A stretch of 64,000 bases of DNA, taken from NCBI RefSeq assembly GCF_018350175.1, contig NC_058368.1, forward strand, positions 223,326,001 to 223,390,000, in the 5' to 3' direction. Under the pieces are notes generated by a model, which saw only the letters and a program-made list of their open reading frames with translations, did no database searches and was not told where the DNA came from. Both the position numbers and the translations under genes were made by a program. The DNA is from Felis catus. Its lineage: Eukaryota. Below, piece by piece: positions 38,863-50,795 of this stretch. Each line of letters starts with the position of its first letter. Within the stretch, counting starts at the first letter, position 1.

Positions 38863-39231
38863 TGCAGTGACTTAGGGCAGATGTAAATGATGCAAATCAA
38901 AGAAAGGTGGCTGGCGTGTAGAGTATATTACATTCCTCATTTTTGACATTTCAGGTCATTCTCCATCATAACAATAGTTTAATTATACTGGGAAAGTCCA
39001 GGTAATGTTTTCTTTCTTACTACTCCCTCCATGAATTCTCAATTTCAGACACAATGGCCACTTCTTTATGTTTCCAGAAGAGCATTCCTACTGCTGCTTC
39101 ATAGATCATATTTGGCCTAATTTCCTTATGTCTATTCATGCTGCAATTCAACAAATTCTTTTGAGCACTTACCGTATCAAAACAGTTTCAGGGTTTCAAA
39201 AGTTTGGCAATAACTACTGTTTAGTAAATGT

Positions 39232-39273
<42 letters not shown>

Positions 39274-39599
39274 CATTCCTTTGGTTACATATATCAGCTC
39301 AGTTAATTGTCACGATAACACTGATATCTGTATTTTAATCTGTATTTTACAGATGCAAGAAGTCAAGTTGAAATATTTTTGTTCCATTTATGCATAAAGT
39401 CTCTATGGGATGGCTAGTGGTTTTTGTTTGTATACGTTCTAATCAATGCTGGACATATGACAGCAAGAAAGATAAATATTCGGAGTTAAAGGAGTCAGAC
39501 AGTAAATAGGCAAAACAGCAAAAACAACAGCAAAAATACACAAACACACACATACATACATGTATGTGAGTGTGAGGATGGGTGTACACAGAAATACAG

Positions 39600-39900
39600 A
39601 TGGTGACTGTGGGAGTTTTCATGTATGTCTGAAAATACTTTGACATTCTTCTCCTTATGAGATGATTCCATGCTCGCTTTGGTGACTCAGGCAGTTTTGA
39701 TTCTAAGCTGGCCTCAGTAACTTACTTATGACTAATGGAAAACAGTGAGGGTGATGTTGTGTGACGTTGGAGGCCAGGTCAATAGAAACCATGGAGTTTT
39801 ATTTAATTGTTGTGTTGTGGTATGTTCACCCTGGGGCAAGCCAGGGACCAGTGAAGAAGTCTGACTACCTGACACCAGTGTTTTGGGAAACTTCTACCTG
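39600..39900 (+). mobile_element. MaLR (MLT1G/H-like) LTR fragment
   Basis: tactttgacattcttctcc..gtgatgttgtgtgacgttggaggccaggtca..gaagaagtctgactacctga. Confidence 0.6.
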
Positions 39901-40039
39901 CAGACTTTGGCTCGAAAATCATGTGCCTAGCTAAAACCCAGAGGACATAACTCTAATTGGAAGAAGTAAGAAAACATACTTGGAGGGCAGGGGGTAAACT
40001 AAGCAGTCTTTCCCGTAATATGAATATTTATAGCCCAGG

Positions 40040-40252
40040 ATTTTTTTAATCTTTATTTAGTTTTGAGAGAGAAAGAGAGAGACAGTGCGAGCGGGGGGAG
40101 GAACAGAGAGAGAGGGAGACACAGAATCCGAAGCAGGCTCCAGGCTCCGAGCTGTCAGCACAGAGCCCGTCGCGGGGCTCAAACTCACGGACAGTGAGAT
40201 CATGACCTGAGCCGAAGTCGGACACTTAACCGACTGAGCCATCCAGGCGCGC
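40040..40252 (-). mobile_element. Felid Can-SINE
   Basis: TSD agcccagg; near-consensus body. Confidence 0.94.
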
Positions 40253-40519
40253 AGCCCAGGGTAATTCCTTAACAGCAATATAGGATTCTCTTAATTTTTT
40301 ATTTGTACTTCTTTTAGTCCTCCGAATATCTTCGCTTTCGTTTTTTGAAGTGCTCTCGGTCAATCTGTTCTGATATAAACTCCTATTATTCCAAAAACTT
40401 GTGCTTTTTATGGTCATTTATTAAACATGGCACTATGCTAATTGTGCAGTAAACTTCATGTTCCTCAACTTGAAAAATACCATATGTGATCACTCATTCA
40501 TGAAAGCTAGAGATATTAA

Positions 40520-41090
40520 TTCACTTGACAAATACTGATTCATCATATATTCTGTGACAGGGCAATATTCTTGCTGCTGTGGTTATAGCAGTAAACAAAC
40601 TACATGATGCCTTTATGAAACATACATTCCAGTCAGAAGACAGGCAAGAAGCTAAAAAGCAACATATAGTGTGACATATAATGGTAATTGAATAGAGGAA
40701 ACAAGCAAGAGTCAGTGAGAGAGAATGGGAGTCTGGGGCTAGGGATTCCATTTTTTATTAGGATGGTCGAGGAAGAATTCACTAATAAATGACCTTTGCA
40801 TAAGGACCTGAGGGTGAGAGAGAGAGAGAGAGTCATGAATAAAGATAGCAGGACAGCATCACACTTGTACAGGACATTACATGCAAGATTTCACTAATAA
40901 ATTACCTTTGTACAAATACCTGAGAATGAGAGAAGGAGCCATGCATATATGTAGTGCAAGAGGATTGCAGGTTTATGGATCAGAGCCCTGAGGCAGGATT
41001 CTGGATGGGGAAGTATGAGATGTTAGAAAATTAGGTTAGAGAGACTGTGCAGAATTAGATCATGAGGCCATGTTGGAAGTTTATAGAAAG
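40520..41090 (-). mobile_element. L2 3' fragment with an old internal duplication
   Basis: acaaatactgattcatc..atagcagtaaacaaa..acattccagt motifs. Confidence 0.6.
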
Positions 41091-42213
41091 AAGTCGCAGC
41101 TACCTGGACTCTGTAATTTAGCTGTGAGCTTTCAGTTTTCAACCTGTCAATTTCATAGCTTTACATAGTATATAGCGGTTCACAAATTTCTAGTGGTTGG
41201 TGGGGAGGGGGGAAGATATCGAAAGAAGAAAAAGATACTACAGGGGAACAATGATCACAAACTCTTAAATGCAAACTAACGAAGAGAAGCCATTTTTACT
41301 ACCTGGTTGGTGGCCAGAGGAGAGAAATGATTATAAAGTCAGAATGTCTCTAAAGTTCTTGACATTCTTTTTCATACTTATCATGGAATTATACAATAAA
41401 TAGTCAATATTGACAAAGGTCTGAAAAATAGAATTATATTTTGCCAGGTTATAAAGAATATACATTGAGAAATCACATTGGTGAGCAATTTTACAGTTGT
41501 TCATGAATTTAAAGGTTGTATTCAACAACATACTTAAAAGGAATACTGACATTTGCAAAGATTAAAAGTACAAATAGGTTTGAGCATTGTTTTAATAGTC
41601 AAAAATTGAAACAATCTAAGGTAAAAGATAAAAGCCAAAACATGGCCATCTTATATGATGAAATGCTACATAACAGTCCTCTCATATCAAAGTTAATATA
41701 GAAGAATATGACTTACATGTCTCGATATGATCAATTGTCAGAAGGAAAATGTTGATTGGAAATTTCTAACTAAAGGCAGGTACATAGAGAATAATGTCTT
41801 CTTAATAAAAACATTCAAGCCAAGGAAAAAAGTTCTATATTCTGCTTATAGCTATATGTTTATATAGAAAAAGTATAAAACATTCATAAGAATGTTGAGA
41901 ATGGTTATATATTAGAGACATATAAATTTGGAGATTAAACTACATCATAATGTTTTGTTTTTTCTTTGTTTTGTTTTGAGACTTTATTTTTTTTTCAATA
42001 TATGAAATTTATTGTCAAATTGGTTTCCATACACCACCCAGTGCTCATCCCAAAAGGTGCCCTCCTCAATACCCATCACCCACCCTCCCCTCCCTCTCAC
42101 CCCCCATCAACCCTCAGTTTGTTCTCAGTTTTTAAGTCTCTTATGCTTTGGCTCTCTCACACTCTAACCTTTTTTTTTTTTCCTTCCCCTCCCCTCCCCT
42201 TCTGTTAAGTTTC

Positions 42214-45200
42214 TCAGGATCCACATAAGAGTGAAAACATATGGTATCTGTCTTTCTCTGTATGGCTTATTTCACTTACCATCACACTCTCCAGTTCCAT
42301 CCACGTTGCGACAAAGGGCCATATTTCATTCTTTCTCATTGCCACATAGTACTCCATTGTGTATATAAACCACAATTTCTTTATCCATTCATCAGTTGAT
42401 GGACACTTACGCTCTTTCCATAATTTGGCTATTGTTGAAAGTGCTGCTATTAACATTGGGGTACAAGTGCCCCTATGCATCAGCACTCCTGTATCCCTTG
42501 GGTAAATTCCTAGCAGTGCCATTGCTGGGTCATAGGGTAGGTCTATTTTTAATTTTTTGAGGAACCTCCACACTGTTTTCCAGAGTGGCTGCATCAATTT
42601 ACATTCCCACCAACAGTGCAAGAGGGTTCCCGTTTCTCCACATCCTCTCCAGCATCTATAGTCTCCTGATTTGTTCATTTTGGCCACTCTGACTTGCGTG
42701 AGGTGACATCTGAGTGTGGTTTTGATTTGTATTTCCCTGATGAGGAGCGACGTTGAGCATCTTTTCATGTGCCTGTTGGCCATCCGGATGTCTTCTTTAG
42801 AGAAGTGTCTATTCATGTTTTCTGCCCATTTCTTCACTGGGTTATTTGTTTTTCGGGTGTGGAGTTTGGTGAGCTCTTTATAGATTTTGGATACTAACCC
42901 TTTGTCCGATATGTCATTTGCAAATATCTTTTCCCATTCCATTGGTGCCTTTTAGTTTTGTTGGTTGTTTCCTTTGCTGTGCAGAAGCTTTTTATCTTCA
43001 TAGGGTCCCAGTAGTTCATTTTTGCTTTTAATTCCCTTGCCTTTGAGGATGTGTCAAGTAAGAAACTGCTACGACTGAGGTCAGAGAGATCTTTTCCTGC
43101 TTTCTCCTCTAAGGTTATGATGGTTTCCTGTCTCACATTCAGGTCCTTTATCCATTTTGAGTTTATTTTTGTGAATGGTGTGAGGAAGTGGTCTAGTTTC
43201 AACCTTCTGCATGTTGCTGTCCAGTTCTCCCAGCACCATTTGTTAAAGAGGCTGTCTTTTTTCCATTGGATGTTCTTTCCTGCTTTGTCAAAGATGAGTT
43301 GTCCATACGTTTGTGGGTCTAGTTCTGGGGTTTCTATTCTATTCCATTGGTCTATGTGTCTGTTTTGTGTCAATACCATGCTGTCTTGATGATTACAGCT
43401 TTGTAGTAGAGGCTAAAGTCTGGGATTGTGGTGCCTCCCGCTTTGGTCTTCTTCTTCCCTATTACTTTGGCTATTCAGGGCCTTTTGTGGTTCCATATGA
43501 ATTTTAGCATTGCTTATTCCAGCTTCAAGAAGAATGCTGGTGCAATTTTGATTGGGATTGCATTGAATGTGTAGATAGCTTTGGGTAGTATTGACATTTT
43601 GACAATATTTATTCTTCCAATCCATGAGCATCGAATGTTTTTCCATTTCTTTATATCGTCTTTAATTTCCTTCATAAGCTTTCTATAGTTTTCACCATAC
43701 AGATCTTTTACATCTTTGGTTAGATTTATCCCTAGGTATTTTATGCTTCTTGGTGCAATTGTGAATGGGATCAGTTTCTTTGTCTTTCTGTTGCTTCATT
43801 GTTAGTGTATAAGAATGCAACTGATTTCTGTACATTGATTTTGTATCCAGCGACTTTGCTGAATTCATGTATGAGTTATAGCAGACTTTTGGTGGAGTCT
43901 ATCGGATTTTCCATGTATAATATTATGTTGTCTGCAAAAAGTGAAAGCTTAACTTCATCTTTGCCGATTTTGATGCTTTTGATTTCCTTTTGTTGTGTGA
44001 TTACTGATGCTAGAACTTCCAACACTATGTTAAACAACAGCAGTGAGAGTGGACATCCCTGTTGTGTTCCTGATCTCAGGGAAAAAGCTCTTCCCCATTG
44101 AGGATGATGTTAGCTGTGGGCTTTTCATAAATGGCTTTTATGATCTTTAAGTATGTTCCTTCTATCCCGACTTTCTCAAGGGTTTTTATTAAGAAACGTT
44201 GCTGAAATTTGCCAAAAGCCTTTTCTGCATCGATTGACAGGATCATATGGTTCTTATCTTTTCTTTTATTAATGTGATGTATCATGTTGATTGTTTTGCG
44301 AATGATGAACCAGCCCTGCATCCCAGGAATGAATCCCACTTGATCATGGTGAATAATTCTTTTTATATGCTGTTGAATTCTATTTGCTAGTATCTTATTG
44401 AGAATTTTTGCATCCATATTCATCAGGGATATTGGCCTATAGATCTCTTTTTTTACTGGGTCTCTGTCTGGTTTAGGAATCAAAGTAATACTGGCTTCAT
44501 AGAATTTTCTGGAAGTTTTCCTTCCCTTTCTATTTTTTGGAAAAACTTGAGAAGCATAGGTATTATCTCTGCTTTAAACGTCTGGTAGAACTCCCTGGGA
44601 AGCCATCTGGTCCTGGACTCTTATTTGTTGGGAGATTTTTGACGACTGATTCAATTTCTTTGTTGGTTATGGGTGTGTTCAAGCTTTCTATTTCCTCCTG
44701 ATTGAGTTTTGGAAGTGTGTGGGTGTTTAGGAATTTGTCCATTTCTTCCAGGTTGTCCAGTTTTTTGGCATATAATTTTTCATAGTATTCCCTGATAATT
44801 GCATTTCCCTTGTATTTCTGAGGGATTGGTTGCAATAATTCCATTTTCATTCATGATTTTATCTCTTTAGGTGATATCCCTTTTCTTTTTGAGAAGCCTG
44901 GCTAGAGGTTTGCCAATTTTGTTTATTTTTTCAAAAAACCAACTCTTGGTTTTTTTGATCTGCTCTACAGTTTTTTTAGATTCCATATTGTTTATTTCTG
45001 CTCTGATCTTTATTATTTCTCCTCTGCTGGGATTAGGCTGTCTTTGCTGTTCTGCTTCTATGTCCTTTAGGTGTGCTGTTAGATTTTGTATTTGGGATTT
45101 TTCTTGTTTCTTGAGATAGGCCTGATTGCAATGTATTTTCCTCTCAGGACTGCCTTTGCTGCATCTCAAAGCATTTGGATTGTTGTATTTTCATTTTCGT

Positions 45201-46024
45201 TTGTTTCCATATATATTTTTTTAATTTATTCTCTAATTGCCTGCTTGACCCACTCATCCTTAGGTAGGGTGTTCTTTAACCTCCATGCTTTTGGAGGTTT
45301 TCCAGACTTTTTCCTGTGGTTGATTTCAAGCTTCATAGCATTGTGGTCTGAAAGTATGCATGGTATGATCTCAATTCTTGTATACTTATGAAGGGCTGTT
45401 TTGTGACCCAGTATGTGATCTATCTTGGAGAATGTTCCATGTGCACTCGAGAAGAAAGTATCTTCTGTTGCTTTGGGATGCAGACTTCTAAATATATCTG
45501 TCAAGTCCATCTGATCCAATGTATCATTCAGGGCCCTTGTTTCTTTATTGACCGTGTGTCTAGATGATCTATCGATTTCTGTAAGTGGAGTGTTAAAGTC
45601 CCTTGCAATGACCATTCTTATCAATAAGGTTGCTTATGTTTGTGAGTAATTGTTTTATATATTTGGGGGCTCCCGTATTCGGCGCATAGACATTCATAAT
45701 TGTTAGCTCTTCCTGATGGATAGACCCTGTGATTATTATATAATGCCCTTCTTCATCTCTTGTTACAGCCTTTAATTTAAAGTCTAGTTTGTGTGATATA
45801 AGTATGGCTACTTCAGCTTTCTTTTGACTTCCAGTAGCATGATAAATAGTTCTCCATCCCCTCAATTTCAATCTGAAGGTGTCCTCATGTCTAAAATGAG
45901 TCTCTTGTAGACAGCAAACAGATGGGTCTTGTTTTTTTATCCATCTGATACCCTATGTCTTTTGGTTGGTGCATTTAGTCCATTTCCATTGTGTTATTAT
46001 AGAAAGATAAGGGTTTAGAGTCAT
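42214..46024 (-). pseudogene. L1 ORF2 (APE endonuclease, reverse transcriptase, CCHC), multiply frameshifted
   Basis: Endonuclease motifs CCLQETH, NVYAPN and [28 protein letters not shown] catalytic FADD reads FADN at 43927-43938. Confidence 0.96.
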
Positions 46025-46074
46025 TGTAATGCTTGTGGGTTTCATGCTTGTAGCGATGTCTCTGGTACTTTGTC

Positions 46075-47008
46075 TCACATGATCCCCCTTAGGATCTCTT
46101 GTAGGGCTGGTTTAGTGGTGACGAATTCCTTCACTTTTTGTTTATTTGGGAAGACCTTTATCTCTCCTTCTATTTTAAATGACAGACTTGCTGGATAGAG
46201 GATTCTCAGCTGCATATTTTTTCTGTTCATCACATGGAAGATTTCCTGCCATTCCTTTCTTGCCTGCCAAGTTTCAGTAAAGAGATCGGTCACGAGTCTT
46301 ATAGGTCTCCCTTTATATGTTAGAACATGTTTGTCCCTAGCTGCTTTCAGAATTTTCTCTTTATCCTTGTATTTTGCCAGTTTCACTATGATATGTTGTG
46401 CAGAAGATCCATTCAAGTTACATCTGAAGGGAGTTCTCTGTGCCTCTTGGATTTCAATGCCTCTTTCCTTCCCCAGATCAGGGAAGTTCTCAGCTATGAT
46501 TTCATCAAGTACACCTTCAGCCCCTTTCTCTCTATCCTCTTCTTCTGGAATTCCTATGATAAGGATATTGTTCCATTTGAGTGCATCACTTAGTTCTCTA
46601 ATTCTCCCCTCATACTCCTGGATTTTTTTTTTTATCTCTCTGTTTCTCAGCTTCCTCTTTTTCCATAATTTCTCTCTGTTTCTCAGCTTCCTCTTTTTCC
46701 ATAATTTTATCTTCTAATTCACCTATTCTCTCCTCTGCCTCTTCAGTACGAGCCGTGGTCATTTCCATTTTATTTTGCAGCTCGTTTATAGCATTTTTTA
46801 GCTCCTCCTGACTGTTCCTTAGTCCCTTGATCTCTGTAGCAATAGATTCTCTGCTGTCCTCTATACTGTTTTCAAGCCCAGCGATTAATTTTATGACTAT
46901 TATTCTAAATTCACTTTCTGTTATATTGTGTAAATCCTTTTTGATCAGTTTGTTAGCTGTCATTATTTCCTGGAGATTCTTTTGAAGGGAATTCTTCCGT
47001 TTCATCAT
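46075..47008 (-). pseudogene. L1 ORF1 (coiled-coil/RRM/CTD RNA-binding protein), frameshifted
   Basis: MMKRKNS..ERIGELED coiled coil; HIIVKL..KEKILKAAR..YPASLSF C-terminal part; frameshift at the T-run near 46623-46633. Confidence 0.95.
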
Positions 47009-47930
47009 TTTGGATAGTCCGTGGAGTGGTGCAGGACTGGGGGCACTTCCCCTGTGCTGTCTTGAATAACTGGAGTTGGTGGGCGGGGCCGCCGTCAGAC
47101 CTGATGTCTGCCCCCAGCCCACCGCTGGGGCCACAGTCAGACTGGTGTGTGCCTTCTCTTCCCCTCTCCTAGGGGTGGGATTCACTGTGGGGTGCCGTGG
47201 CCCGTCTGTGCTACTTGCACACTGCCAGGCTTGCAGTGCTGGGGATCTAGCTTATTAGCTGGGGTGGATTAGCAAGGTGCACGGGGGCAGGAGGGGAGGG
47301 CTCAGCTTGCTTTTCCTTCGGAGATCTGCTTCAGGAGGGGCCCTGTGGCACTGGGAGGGAGTCAGACCCGCGGACGGATGGATCAGCAGAAGCAGGGCGT
47401 TGGGTGTTTGCGTGCAAGCAAGTTCCCTGGCAGGAACCAGTTCCCTTTGGGATTTTGGTTGGGGGATGGGCAAGGGAGATGGCGCTGGCGAGCGCCTTTG
47501 TTCCCTGCCAAGCTGAGCTCTGTCATCTGGGTCTCAGCAACTCTCCCTCCCTTTGTCCTCCAGCCTTCCCGCTTTCCGAGCAGAGCTGTTCACTTATGAC
47601 CTCCCAGATGCTAAGTCGCACTTGCTGTCGGAACACACTCCATCCGGCCCCTCCGCTTTTGCCAGCCAGACTCAGGGGCTCTGCTTGGCCGGCAGGCTGC
47701 CCCTCTGCCCCAGCTCCCTCCCGCCAGTCCTTGTAGCGTGCACTTCCTCGCGGCCCTTCCTACCATCTTCCGTGGGCCTCTCGTCTGCGCTTGGCTCCGG
47801 AGACTCCGTTCTGCTAGTCTTCTAGCGGTTTTCTGGGTTATTTAGGCAGGTGTGGGTGGAATCTAAGTGAGCCGCAGGACGGGGTGAGCCCAGCGTCCTC
47901 CTACCTCGCCATCTTCCTACCTCTCTTCTC
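47009..47930 (-). promoter_or_regulatory. L1 5'UTR internal promoter with a YY1-like site
   Basis: Longest GC/CpG-rich block in the window; minus-strand AAGATGGC at about 47908-47915 near the 5' end. Confidence 0.75.
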
Positions 47931-48169
47931 TGTTTTGTTTTTTTCTTAAAGAAAGGCATATAATAATACATTCTATTTGTCAAGATGGGGCAGTAGTTTC
48001 AAAGGTGATGATTGTTGTCTGTACCTTTCTATATATCTATAGTATTTCATAATATAAAATTAACATAAAAACATGGTTTTAACTAAGCACATTGTATAGA
48101 ATATATAATGTTTAAACAAACACGTTCTATATAATGTATCTAAATATTTATATTAAATTCATATGTCTT

Positions 48170-48342
48170 GGGGCACCTGGGTGGTTCAGTCGCTTGGGCA
48201 TCAAACTTTGGCTCAGGTCACAACCTCATGTTCTTGGGTTCTAACCCTGCATTGGGCTCAGTGCTTGACAGCTTGGAGCCTCCTCTCATGCTTATGCTCT
48301 GTCTCTCTCTCTCAAAAATATACAAACACCAAAAAAAAAAAA
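48170..48342 (+). mobile_element. Can-SINE (internally deleted)
   Basis: TSD attaaa(t/g)tcatatgtct. Confidence 0.9.
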
Positions 48343-48858
48343 ATTAAAGTCATATGTCTGAATACCTTTTGAATAAATGAAATGAGTTTAAATGCAAACT
48401 CATTACAGATATTATACATAGTGACTATGATATATATTTACATAAGTATATATAACATGCATTATATATTGTATATACATATACAGTTAATTTTATATGC
48501 ACATATATAGAATGTTGCAATTAATAGTTTCTCCCTGAATTGCAGAAAAAAAACAATGCAAGTTGAAGACAGAGATTTGGTCATTAAGGATGCATACAGG
48601 CAACTTCCAAAATATCTTAAATAGCTCAAAATATCACAAAATATGTTTTGACAAATACTAGTTGTGTGACATGCTACATGCTTTTAGGAGGAGGATTATG
48701 TCTACAAATAAGTGAGAGAGATATCACATTGTATTTTATCCTCTTTATTTCCCCAAAACACGAAAAAATTATTTTATGTTTTCTCTCTTGTCAAATATGT
48801 CAAAAATGAAACACTGTGTCATCCAAGATGAAAACTATCATTTATTTAGAAATACATC

Positions 48859-49065
48859 GGGGCGCCTGGGCGCCTGGGTGGCTCAGTCAGTTAAGCGGCC
48901 GACTTCGGCTCAGGTCATGATCTCGTGGTCCGTGAGTTCGAGCCCCGCATCGGGCTCTGCGCTGACAGCTCAGAGCCTGGAGCCTGTTTCAGATTCTGTG
49001 TCTCCCTCTCTCTGACCCTCCCCATTCATGCTCTGTCTCTCTCTGTCTCAAAAATAAATAAACGT
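48859..49065 (+). mobile_element. Felid Can-SINE with an 8-bp head duplication (gggcgcct x2)
   Basis: TSD ttagaaata(c/t)atc. Confidence 0.95.
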
Positions 49066-49416
49066 TAGAAATATATCACCATTGCATGCTATATACCAGA
49101 TGTTTAGCTGTTTAACACTTGTTAATTTTCTATATAACCCATTTTCCCTAAACTTATTGATCAAATGACAATTGTTCTTTAACTCCTATCCAAAAAATTT
49201 TAACTCTAATTTCATCCTCCTTTAGCCTCAGTTAAATAACAAACACGTATAAAATGCTGGAATATATAATTTAAGTTGGCAGTATTTTTGGTGCTGAATT
49301 AAAAATTAAATCTATAATATCTATCAATTATAGTCCATTTGGTTACCTAAATATTTAATTTTCCTTGCATATGTTTGAGTTCTGTTGTTAGGCATTGTAA
49401 AATTAATTTTTAGCTT

Positions 49417-49628
49417 GGGGCACCTGGGTGGCTCAGTCAGTTAAGCATCCAACTCTTGATTTCTGCTCAGGTCATGATCTCATGCGTGGAACTCTGTGCT
49501 GACAGTGTGGAGCCTGTTGGGGAATCTCTCTCTCTGTATCTATCTGCCCCTTTCCTCTCTCAAGCTCATGTTTGCTCTCTCTCTCTCTCTCTCTCTCTCT
49601 CAAAAATAAATAAATAAAATTAAAAAAA
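49417..49628 (+). mobile_element. Can-SINE
   Basis: ggggcacctgggtggctcagtcagttaagc head, (CT)n, A tail. Confidence 0.93.
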
Positions 49629-49669
49629 ATAATTATTGGCTTATAAAGAATGGAAATCAATATTTTTTT

Positions 49670-50494
49670 ATTTTTTATTTAATATAATTTATTGTCAAAT
49701 TGGCTTACATACAACACCCCGTGCTCATCCCAACAAGTCCCTTCCTCAATGTCCATTATCCATTTGCCATTTTCCCACCACACCGTCCACCTTCAGTTTG
49801 TTCTCTGTATTTAAGAGTCTCTTGTGATTTGTTTCTCTCCCTCTCCATTTGTATCTATTTCCCCCCTCCTTTCCTCCATGGTCTTCTGCTAAGTTTCTCA
49901 AGATCCACATGTGAGTGAAAACATATGATATCGGTCCTTCTCTGACTGACTTATTTCACCGAGCACCATACCTTCCAGTTCAATCCACATTGCTGCAAAT
50001 GGCCAGATTTCGTTCTTTCTCATTGCCAAGTAGTATTCCATTGTATATATAAACCACATTGTCTTTATCCATTCATCAGTTGATGGACATTTAGGCTCTT
50101 TCCATAATTTGGCTATTGTTGAAAATGCTGTTATAAACAGGGGGTAAATATGCCTGTATGCATCAGCACTCCTGTATCCCTTGGGTAAATTCCTAGTAGT
50201 GCTATTGCTGGGTCATAGAGTAGTTCCATTTTTTACTTGCTGAGGCACCTCCACACTGTTTTCCAGAGTGGCTGTGCCAATTTGCATTCCTTGCAATAGT
50301 CCAAGAGGGTACCTGTTTCTCCACATACTCACCAGCATCTGTTGTTTCCTGAGTTGTTCATTTTAGCAACTCTGACCGGTGTGAGGTGGTATCTCAGTGT
50401 GGTTTTGATGTGTATTTCCTTGATGATGAGTAATGTTGAGAAATGGGCAAGACACATGAATAGACATTTTCCCAAAGGAGACATCCAGATGGCT
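49670..50494 (-). mobile_element. 5'-truncated felid L1 with a short 5' inversion
   Basis: 14-bp TSD atcaatattttttt at 49656-49669 and 50495-50508; inverted piece 50441-50494. Confidence 0.94.
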
Positions 50495-50590
50495 ATCAAT
50501 ATTTTTTTTTAAGTGTTTCTAGTTCTTTCCTGTACTATAAATATTGGAAATGTTCTTATACTTTATTGAATTTTACACTCATTTCTTTCT

Positions 50591-50795
50591 TCTTTTTTTA
50601 AGTTTTTGTTTATTTTGAGAAAGAGAAAGAATGCTTGCATTCACATGCATGGGCTGGGCGAGAGGCAAAGAGTGCTGCAGGTTCACACTGTCAGCTCAGA
50701 GCCCCACATGGGGCTTGAGCTCCGAAACCCTGAGATCACGACCTGAGCCAAAATCAAGAGTTAGATGCTTAACTGACTGAGCCACCTAGATGCCC
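50591..50795 (-). mobile_element. Can-SINE
   Basis: TSD aattttaca(c/t)tc. Confidence 0.9.

Larger units (their letters stand above)
41968..47930 (-). mobile_element. Full-length felid-type LINE-1 (~5.95 kb), inactivated
   Basis: GC/CpG-rich 5'UTR, ORF1, ORF2, G-rich 3'UTR and A-tail; TSD tgttttgtttttt at 41951 and 47931. Confidence 0.97.

Noticed and set aside
40778..40946. Diverged ~60-bp direct repeat (ttcactaataaat..cctttg..acctgag)
   Set aside because: Old local duplication inside an L2 relic with no sign of function
47076..47825. + strand ORFs in the L1 5'UTR as an ORF0 analogue
   Set aside because: GC-rich sequence yields open frames by chance, mostly without ATG starts; no recognisable similarity
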